Assembly (NCBI GenBank): GCA_963711135.1
Contig: CAVQCZ010000005.1
Location: 163,149-227,148, forward strand
Reading direction: 5' to 3'
Source: an uncultured Actinomycetota bacterium
GTDB taxonomy: Bacteria > Actinomycetota > Actinomycetes > Frankiales > Frankiaceae
DNA length: 64,000 nt
Shown one piece after another: positions 56,289-63,247 of this stretch. The notes below the pieces were generated by a model. That model ran no database searches, was not told the origin of the DNA, and worked only from the letters and a program-made list of their open reading frames with translations. Position 1 is the first letter of the stretch, and every line of letters starts with the position of its first letter. The position numbers were made by a program, and so were the translations under genes.

Positions 56289-57931
56289 GCTTCCACCTCG
56301 AAGGTGAAGGTGACGTCATCTGTCAACGCCACCACAGTTCCCGGCTCGATCAGCTGTGGATCGCGGGGGCGCAACTGTGTGGGTGGTTGACCGGGAAGCG
56401 TGACGACAGTGCCATTGGTCGACTCGAGATCCTCGACAAAGACCAGCCATCCGTCCAGGAGAACCTGAGCGTGTGTGCGCGAGATGTCCTTGTCGCGGCT
56501 GGGCAACTGCATCACGTGCGGCCGATCTCGTCCCTCTTCCGCGGGCGCTTGAGGGGCTCTCCCCATGAGAACGCCCTTGTCGAGTGACACGACGTCGCCG
56601 GTGCTGAACCTCAGTACACCGAGTGCGGGTCGCGGGACCCTCGTGGGTTCCTGGGTCGGCATGGTCTGTCGGCATACTCGACAATTGCCGGCGTGGGCTG
56701 GGCTCAGGTGTCCTGCCGGGCAGCGGGCAGCCAAGACGATCGGGCCCACTTCTTGCACGCCCGTGGGCGCTTGCGCTGCCAGGAGCTGAGCTCGACTGAT
56801 GGTGTTCTCGCTGAGCTCTTCGCCGATGTCTTCCGGATCGAAATTCAAGGTCGGTCGGGCGGCCGCCGGGACCGCTGGCTCGGCGACGGGGGAGGCGGCT
56901 TGCGGCGGAGCGGGAGCTGGAGATGACTGACGCTTCCAGGGCAGTTCGTCGATGAGATCGGAGCTGTCGTCGGTCTGTGGAAGCAGGGTGTCGTCAGGAA
57001 GGAGAGTCGAGTAGGAGTCCGCTCTCGGCGCCTGCGTTGGAAGCCGGGTCATCGGGTGAGGTTCAGCCTCGCCGGGCGATGTGGCAGGACCCGCTACGGG
57101 GGTCGGCTCGTCGTCGCCCCGCTCCGTCACCGGGCCTTGCGTGGCGCCGAAGAGATGGTCGTAGTCGTCGGCAAGTGCATCTTCCGACTCTTCCGCGGCC
57201 AGCGGATCGTCAGCCTGGGCGAGCGGCTCCTGCGGCGTTTCGGGTGCTGGCGGCGTTTCGGGAAGGGACGGGGTTTCGGGTGCGGGCGGCGTTTCGGGCA
57301 GGGGCGGCGTTTCGGGTGCGGGCGGTAGCGGCGACGGTGCCGCGAGATCGAAGAAGTTTCCGCCGTCGCTTCGGCTCGGCGGAGCGAAGTGGACGTCCAC
57401 TGTCTCTCGTCCGGGTTTCGAAGCGTCGCTCGGCTGAGCGGGAATGCTCAACCGTCCGGCCAGGACGACACCGCTGCGCAGCGGCAATTCGACGTCTTCC
57501 TGGTCCTGGCTCCCCTGGACAAGGGACAAGGCTCCCGCCGAAGCGGGAGCCACATGTTCGCGCCAGGTTGGGGCGTACTCCGAGGTCATCTCAAAGTTGG
57601 CACCGCCTGGCTGGGTCCAGATACCGCGCGACTGACCGCGCAGGATCACCCTGAGCACACCTTCCCGGACGCTGGCCAGGGCGAAGTCGCTGACAACCCG
57701 GAAGCCGGCCTCCAGGATGGCGCCGAGGATCTCGTCGGGGTCGGCGTCTCTTCGTATGAGTCCCCAGCAGGCGAGGACAACCTCATGATTCGCAGGAATT
57801 TCCGCCAACAGCCAGGTTCGCTCTCCGGCGAGGCAGACGAAGGGGCCGGGTACGTAGGTGATTTCAGCAAGCGGCGACTGAACCAACTCAATCGCTCCCG
57901 ATGCGGCGCAACCGCGGGGCCGTGGTTTCAT
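56285..57931 (-). CDS. FHA-domain protein with an unknown N-domain, a PETPP-repeat linker and a zinc-ribbon-like motif
   Basis: The C-terminal FHA domain reads GVLMGRAPQ...SRDKDISRTHAQVLLDGWLVFVEDLESTNGTVV. The motif CPAGHLSPAHAGNCRVC precedes it. I start the gene at the ATG at 57931; a TTG at 57886 is the alternative. The track ORF from 58072 overlaps the PP2C gene. Confidence 0.75.
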   Translation of the reverse strand: MKPRPRGCAASGAIELVQSPLAEITYVPGPFVCLAGERTWLLAEIPANHEVVLACWGLIRRDADPDEILGAILEAGFRVVSDFALASVREGVLRVILRGQSRGIWTQPGGANFEMTSEYAPTWREHVAPASAGALSLVQGSQDQEDVELPLRSGVVLAGRLSIPAQPSDASKPGRETVDVHFAPPSRSDGGNFFDLAAPSPLPPAPETPPLPETPPAPETPSLPETPPAPETPQEPLAQADDPLAAEESEDALADDYDHLFGATQGPVTERGDDEPTPVAGPATSPGEAEPHPMTRLPTQAPRADSYSTLLPDDTLLPQTDDSSDLIDELPWKRQSSPAPAPPQAASPVAEPAVPAAARPTLNFDPEDIGEELSENTISRAQLLAAQAPTGVQEVGPIVLAARCPAGHLSPAHAGNCRVCRQTMPTQEPTRVPRPALGVLRFSTGDVVSLDKGVLMGRAPQAPAEEGRDRPHVMQLPSRDKDISRTHAQVLLDGWLVFVEDLESTNGTVVTLPGQPPTQLRPRDPQLIEPGTVVALTDDVTFTFEVEA

Positions 57932-58673
57932 CGACCGGCTCTGGAGCGAGGCCGGGTGAATGGTCGACAACGATGACCGAGACGTTGTCCCGCCCACCAG
58001 CGGCGAGGGCGCGGCGAACGAGTGCCTCGGCAGCGTCGTGTGGGGTGGCTTCCGTCGCAAGCACGAAATCAATGGTCGAGTCGGGCACCTCGTTCGTCAG
58101 CCCGTCTGAACAGATGAGGAAGCGCTCCCCGTCCTCAGGCGGGAAAACCCAGAGATCCGGACTGGGCGACGGGAGACTTCCCAAGCAGCGCGTCACGACG
58201 TTCCGGCGGGGATGCACGCGGGCGTCGGCTGGGCTGAGTGCTCCAGACGCGACCATCTCTTCCACCTCGGAATGATCGACCGTCAACTGTTGCAATGCGC
58301 CATGTGCGTAGCGGTAAACGCGTGAGTCTCCGATGTTGAAAACGAGCCAGTGAGCACCACCAGACAGCTGGACCACGGCCAGGCCGGCGACTGTCGTCCC
58401 CATCCCGATTCGGCTGGACTCCGTCGCCGCGTTAGCGAGAATGGTGTCATTCGCGAGCGACAGGGCGCCCATGATCTGCTCCGACGTAAGCGATTCGACA
58501 TCGGCCAGCCGGCCCAGCACCTCGACCGCGATCGAGCTCGCAACGTCGCCGGCCGCGTGACCGCCCATCCCGTCAGCCACCGCGCACAGTGTCGACGAAG
58601 TCAGCACGGCGTCTTCGTTGACCTCTCTCAGAACCCCGACGTTGGTCACCGCGGACGCCAGGACCGTCAACAT
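57888..58673 (-). CDS. PP2C-family (PPM) Ser/Thr phosphatase
   Basis: The motifs REVNEDA, ADGMGGHAAGDVAS, ICSDGLTN and GGRDNVSVIVVD are present. Confidence 0.9.
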   Translation of the reverse strand: MLTVLASAVTNVGVLREVNEDAVLTSSTLCAVADGMGGHAAGDVASSIAVEVLGRLADVESLTSEQIMGALSLANDTILANAATESSRIGMGTTVAGLAVVQLSGGAHWLVFNIGDSRVYRYAHGALQQLTVDHSEVEEMVASGALSPADARVHPRRNVVTRCLGSLPSPSPDLWVFPPEDGERFLICSDGLTNEVPDSTIDFVLATEATPHDAAEALVRRALAAGGRDNVSVIVVDHSPGLAPEPVDETTAPRLRRIGSD

Positions 58674-58839
58674 GGAACGGCTCCTGCCAGCGCTTGAGAT
58701 TTGACAGCCTTCCGTTGAGCATTCGAAATTGCAGCCGACCCGTCAGGCAGAGAAGGCAAAAGCAGACTGAATCCTAGCGGCACGGCCCGGCCGGCGGACC
58801 GGGATGACAAATATGTATATGCGATTTGAGTTGACGCCA

Positions 58840-60030
58840 TTAGGACCCGGTCTGACTCAGCCATGACGGGCTTCGCCCAAAGAATGTCACGGCTTCACGG
58901 TTGAGCCAAAGCGTCGCCACGATCGTGATGTCCAACCCGATGCCGATGAAGAATCCGAGGGAATGCGCGCCACCGATCAGCTGAAGGACGATGGTGATGA
59001 GGCTGACGGCTGCTGCAACGATCGGTGCGCTGTGCTCGGCGTCGCCCACCAGCTTGTAGGAGACCACGAAGCCCACCGCAAGCAGCAGCATGAACAGCCC
59101 GACGACGTAGTACTTGCCGTCGAACTTGCCGAGCAGGAGATACAGGAGAGCGATCAGACCGACAAGACCGCCGTTCACGGCGAGCAGGACCTGAGCGATG
59201 ACCACCGGTGCGGGACGATCGCCGTCACGCGTCCTGGATTGAGCGAAGTGGTCACGCACACTCTGCGGGAGCCATAGCAGGGCGCAGGCAATCGCCGAGC
59301 CGAGAAGGATCACAGCCCGCCACGACCCACTGCCACTTCCGCCACTGGTCGTGTCGGCACCGGAGCCCGAGAGGGCGCCGATGACCAGGGCGAGGGCGAG
59401 CGCCACGGCCAGACCCCGACCAACCCGATCTGCCTTGAACAGGAGGTAGGCAACCGCCAGGCACGCCGCGCCGAACGCTGCGATGATCAGCAGAAGGAGA
59501 AGCAGCACCCAAGCAAGTTGACCGAAATACGGGCTGCCGAGCGCCTTCGCGATATCGGGGAGGGGGCGCAATCCCTCGAACAGCGTGTAGACGCCCATGG
59601 TGACAAGGGCCCCGATCACGATGAGCAGCTCGTTGGGAACCATGGCTAGGAGCCGCGGCGCTGCGGGTCTCGAAGGCAGGGGGGGTGCTGGTGACGTGAG
59701 GGGCGCCGCAGCGGGTGCGGCCGGCTCCCCGCCGAGTGTTGCGGGCGATCCGAAGCTCGCCGTCGGAGGCGGCACAGGCGCTGCGACAGCGGCGGGCACG
59801 ATCGGACGGGAGATCGGGCGGAGGGTCGTTCTTTCGACGTCGGGATCCAGGCGGTCGTCAGGTGCGTTATCAAGGTGTGGTGCGCTGCCGGCCGGGCGAT
59901 AGGCCGGCAGCTCAGCGGCCGGCCCTTCCTCGATGCTCTGCCACGAGTACCCGCAGTGGGCGCACTGAGGCACCCTGACATGGACCCGTTGCCCGCACAT
60001 CGGACACTCGGGTGCGACCTCGTCCCCCAC
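58840..60030 (-). CDS. N-terminal zinc-ribbon, Pro-rich linker and polytopic membrane protein; first gene of the minus-strand cluster
   Basis: The zinc-ribbon motif is CPMCGQRVHVRVPQCAHCG. About seven hydrophobic helices follow. Confidence 0.7.
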   Translation of the reverse strand: MGDEVAPECPMCGQRVHVRVPQCAHCGYSWQSIEEGPAAELPAYRPAGSAPHLDNAPDDRLDPDVERTTLRPISRPIVPAAVAAPVPPPTASFGSPATLGGEPAAPAAAPLTSPAPPLPSRPAAPRLLAMVPNELLIVIGALVTMGVYTLFEGLRPLPDIAKALGSPYFGQLAWVLLLLLLIIAAFGAACLAVAYLLFKADRVGRGLAVALALALVIGALSGSGADTTSGGSGSGSWRAVILLGSAIACALLWLPQSVRDHFAQSRTRDGDRPAPVVIAQVLLAVNGGLVGLIALLYLLLGKFDGKYYVVGLFMLLLAVGFVVSYKLVGDAEHSAPIVAAAVSLITIVLQLIGGAHSLGFFIGIGLDITIVATLWLNREAVTFFGRSPSWLSQTGS

Positions 60031-60244
60031 GACTACCTACCCTTTTTTCTGCTAATGGGCGGTCATAAAACAGTTGCCGACCGCATGACACTGTCTCGCA
60101 TCGGGTGGTGCTTTGTGGCCCGTTGTCGAGATTTTCTGCGTGATCTTGGGCGGCTGGAGTCGGGAAAGGCGCTACCCCCTGCTCGGCGAATCCGACCTGC
60201 CCCAGCTCAGCGCGAGGCTAAATCGTTGCCGTTCAGTTGAGAAT

Positions 60245-60258
60245 GGGGAGTTCTCCCC
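60245..60258 (+). promoter_or_regulatory. Palindrome GGGGAG-TT-CTCCCC, copy 3 of 3
   Basis: The plus strand reads GAATGGGGAGTTCTCCCCAAG. It lies in the divergent intergenic region, 140 nt upstream of the WXG-CHAP start (60399) and 215 nt from the cluster start (60030). Confidence 0.5.
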
Positions 60259-60398
60259 AAGCTGAATCGCTCGATCAGCGCTGCTTCTTGGGCTGCTGCG
60301 CCCTAGCATTGGCTCCGCCGCCTCTCGGGATGGCGGATCTCGGCGACGTTCAGCTACCGATGCTGCGCGCCGACTTGGACTCGATGGGAGGACGGCAA

Positions 60399-61271
60399 AT
60401 GGTTGCCATCGAAGGTCTCGACGTCGAGTCGGTCCAGGCGCATGGCGCTGCGTTGAAGGCGCAGGCGCAGCACCTGGAGGGAATCGTGCAGGCCATTTCC
60501 GCGCTGGTAAGTCAAGCCGAAGGCGTCTGGCAGGGGCAGGACGCTCGTGACTTTGCGGGCTGGTGGCATCAGCAGCATCGGCCGGCGCTGCTGGCGGCGG
60601 CCCAGTCCGTTGCCGGGCTCGGCACCTCCGCCATCAACAACGCGGCTGAGCAAGCACGGGCAAGCTCGGCAGCCGGGGGTTCTGGTGCGGCGATCTCGCA
60701 CACCGCTGCGGTCAGCGCGGGTGTCGGCGCCGCGGCAGTCGGGGCCGCGGCGCGGCTGGCGGCAGGCTCGTCGTCGCCGTCGACCTCTCCCGGTGGTTCG
60801 AGCGCGGGCGCGACGACCGGGACGCTCGCTCCGCCATCGGGTGGCCTACAGGGCTACCGGGCTGGGGCTGGCTTGCATCCCAGTACCGCCGACTGGGCCC
60901 AGGGAGCACCCGCGAATGGGCAGGCGGATCAGTGGGGAAAGGCGGCCAACAATTGCACATCGTGGGTTGCCTATCGCCGAGCTCAGCTTGGCCTGTCCAT
61001 CCCAGTTGGCAACGGTGGTGCCATGGGCCATGACCCAGGACTCCCTCCGACCCTGGGGGCGGTCGTTTCCTATGGCGCCGGAACGACCAGCGATCCGGGG
61101 CACGTCATGGTGGTCGAGCAAGTGATGAGCCCTGACCGTTTTCGGGTAAGTGAAATGAACTGGGACGCAGCCGGAGGATTCCGGGACAACCAGGTCTGGG
61201 ACCGGCTTCCCAACGGGATCTGGCAGCGTGAATCAGGCGGCCTGGCCGAGGCGCTGAAGTTCACCCCCTGA
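60399..61271 (+). CDS. WXG100-domain plus CHAP-amidase fusion (T7SS-type polymorphic cell-wall toxin candidate)
   Basis: I start it at the ATG at 60399, which has a GGGAGGA RBS. The WXG domain reads LDVESVQAHGAALKAQAQHLEGIVQAISALVSQAEGVWQGQDARDF...GLGTSAINNAAEQA. An Ala/Ser/Gly linker follows. The CHAP contexts are NNCTSWVAYRR and PGHVMVVEQV. Confidence 0.8.
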   Translation: MVAIEGLDVESVQAHGAALKAQAQHLEGIVQAISALVSQAEGVWQGQDARDFAGWWHQQHRPALLAAAQSVAGLGTSAINNAAEQARASSAAGGSGAAISHTAAVSAGVGAAAVGAAARLAAGSSSPSTSPGGSSAGATTGTLAPPSGGLQGYRAGAGLHPSTADWAQGAPANGQADQWGKAANNCTSWVAYRRAQLGLSIPVGNGGAMGHDPGLPPTLGAVVSYGAGTTSDPGHVMVVEQVMSPDRFRVSEMNWDAAGGFRDNQVWDRLPNGIWQRESGGLAEALKFTP

Positions 61272-61421
61272 CGACTCGATCCTGTCCAGCCATCTCGGTA
61301 GTCATGCTCTGCGAGGCACGATGCACCTGTCAGTTCACTCTCAATGCCCAACCCCGGGGGAAGACATGCAGGGATTCCCCCAGGGGACTTTGTCGCGCGG
61401 CGTAGCCACCGAGGGGGAACG

Positions 61422-61844
61422 ATGCAGGGCCTGAAGGCTCCCCGCACCCAACGATTCTCACGAGCTTTCATAGCGCTGGCCGCCGGTGGTCTCGTCGTGT
61501 CTTGCTCCTCCGGACCTGCCTCCGGGGCGGCGGCCAAGTCTCCGTCCTTCAGCCAATCAAGCGTCGGTCCCTCGTCGCCTCGTTCGACGCCGACTTTGAG
61601 ATTGGGTCGGGGTCCCGCCGCTCCCGCGGGGTTTCGGTACGCCATTTCTCTGACGGGATTCGCCGCAGATGCCGTGGTGACCATCACTTGCAACGACAGT
61701 CGCGACCCTCGGGGGTTCTACACCTTCACGTTGCATACAAACGCCGATGGAGATGCTTCAACGGCCAGCTACTGCTTTTCCGGCGATGGCCCCGACCACT
61801 GGCTGACGGCTAATGGTGTGCAGTCGAATCACGTTACGTGGTAA
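61422..61844 (+). CDS. Small lipoprotein, candidate immunity protein for the CHAP effector
   Basis: The ATG at 61422 follows a GAGGGGGAAC RBS. The N-terminus MQGLKAPRTQRFSRAFIALAAGGLVVSC carries a lipobox. The gene lies immediately downstream of the effector gene. Confidence 0.55.
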   Translation: MQGLKAPRTQRFSRAFIALAAGGLVVSCSSGPASGAAAKSPSFSQSSVGPSSPRSTPTLRLGRGPAAPAGFRYAISLTGFAADAVVTITCNDSRDPRGFYTFTLHTNADGDASTASYCFSGDGPDHWLTANGVQSNHVTW

Positions 61845-61928
61845 CGCGCCCGGGCACGCCGGTCGAGGCCGCGTGCGCGGCCGGCGACTAGCGGCACCCC
61901 CCGGCAGGACCGCCGTGGTGCAAGCGGC

Positions 61929-61956
61929 TGCCAACCGGCAGGGCTGCCGGTTGGCA
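61929..61956 (+). terminator. Hairpin with a 12-13-bp stem downstream of the lipoprotein gene
   Basis: The sequence is TGCCAACCGGCAG-GG-CTGCCGGTTGGCA. No U-tract follows. Confidence 0.4.
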
Positions 61957-62057
61957 AGCTCAAGGCGCGCCAGCACATTGCATGTTGTGCCGGCACCGCT
62001 GTCTGTGAGCCGGAGTCGCGTGGCGCTCCCGGCAGTCACGCGGCTCGGGGACTGAGC

Positions 62058-62558
62058 ATGACGGCGAGCGCGCACCTGCAAGGCCGGGTCGAGGCTTTGC
62101 TGCGTCGCAATGATGTGTTGTTCCAGCTTTCTGACGATGGCGCCTTCGTGGCGGCATTTGGCGGCGACGGCATCCCGCCGCTCGTCGTTCGCTTGACGGT
62201 TTCCGAGGGCCCGGCACTATCGTTCAAGGCTTTCTTGGTTTGCCTCTACACGGCAGATTGGGCGCCCTGCCTGTACGTGCAGCTCAATCGATGGCACTGT
62301 CGCGAAAGGTGGCCCCGAGGCTTCGTCGTCTTCGATGAGCCCAGCAGCTCCAGCGCGATCGAACTTGCTGTGTTCGCCGACCATCATGTGCCGCTCAGTC
62401 CGTCCGTCAGTGACGGGCAGCTCGATCTGTGGCTGTGGTCTTTCGTCGCGGCTGCCGATGACCTGCTGACGACGGTCTATTTGGCTGCGCCGGAGGAGGC
62501 GGATCCTTTGCCGATGCCGTCTGCGGCCGAGCTGGATCGCTGGTTTCAAGCGGAATGA
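62058..62558 (+). CDS. Small acidic cytoplasmic protein, possibly a YbjN/secretion-chaperone-like fold
   Basis: The protein is 166 aa with no TM segment. The family call rests only on size, composition and context. Its stop overlaps the next start (ATGA). Confidence 0.4.
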   Translation: MTASAHLQGRVEALLRRNDVLFQLSDDGAFVAAFGGDGIPPLVVRLTVSEGPALSFKAFLVCLYTADWAPCLYVQLNRWHCRERWPRGFVVFDEPSSSSAIELAVFADHHVPLSPSVSDGQLDLWLWSFVAAADDLLTTVYLAAPEEADPLPMPSAAELDRWFQAE

Positions 62559-63244
62559 CGTCGTCAACGACCATGGCAGAGTCGCGTCGCCCGCCCGGCC
62601 GTGCCGCCGTCACTTTCGACGCGCCGCAAGGGCCCGAAGTCGCCGTGCTCAACGATGGCGACGTGGTCAAGTTCGGACGCGGCGACGGCTGCCATATCCG
62701 ATTCGGGTTTGCGCCGGTTGCCGACACCGGAGTCCCTCGTGTCGCCGGCCTGTTCGTCGTCGCCAATCAGCGAGTCTTCATTGAAACGACGGCGAATCCT
62801 GGCCGGCCCGTTCCGGAGGTACGCGTTGCCGGACAGCCTCCGATGCCGGTGGGTGTCGGTGCGGGTTTCTCGCCTCCGGCGCAAGAGTTCCGCGTACTGG
62901 TTCGTGGCGACAAGGACTGGCAGTTGCACGTACGGGTGCGCGGCGCGGAGATCGTGGAGCAACCCAGCATGAGTGATCCGCTCACCAAGCGATACCAGCT
63001 CAAGCTGACGACGACGCAACGACGTGTCCTCGCTGCCTACGTCGAACCGCTACGGCGCGGGCGACATGAACCCGCGACCCATCGTCAAGTTGCCGACGCG
63101 TTGGGGTACCACCCGAATTCGGCACGTGAAGTTGTCTACGAACTGTGGGCACGGATGTTCGCCAGCGGCATCCCCATGCCCGACCGCTCGGACAAGAGGA
63201 TCGCCGTTGTCGAAGCAGTCTTGCTGCACGGTTTGCTGACCTGA
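62555..63244 (+). CDS. Degenerate-FHA-like domain plus C-terminal HTH protein, paralog of 53950..54669
   Basis: The N-domain reads DGDVVKFGRGDGCHIRFGF...GLFVVANQRVFIETTANPG. The C-terminal part reads LTTTQRRVLAAYVEPLRRGRHEPATHRQVADALGYHPNSAREVVYELWARM. Confidence 0.6.
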   Translation: MTSSTTMAESRRPPGRAAVTFDAPQGPEVAVLNDGDVVKFGRGDGCHIRFGFAPVADTGVPRVAGLFVVANQRVFIETTANPGRPVPEVRVAGQPPMPVGVGAGFSPPAQEFRVLVRGDKDWQLHVRVRGAEIVEQPSMSDPLTKRYQLKLTTTQRRVLAAYVEPLRRGRHEPATHRQVADALGYHPNSAREVVYELWARMFASGIPMPDRSDKRIAVVEAVLLHGLLT

Positions 63245-63247
63245 GCG

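Noticed and set aside
57230-57320. Short GC-rich periodic repeat (ggcgtttcggg...)
   Set aside because: It encodes the PETPP(A/L)PETPP linker of the FHA protein. It is a low-complexity coding repeat, not a separate element.
60237-60398. N-terminal extension of the WXG-CHAP ORF
   Set aside because: The extension covers the palindrome and the promoter region. The ATG at 60399 has a strong RBS and aligns with the starts of the other two WXG domains.
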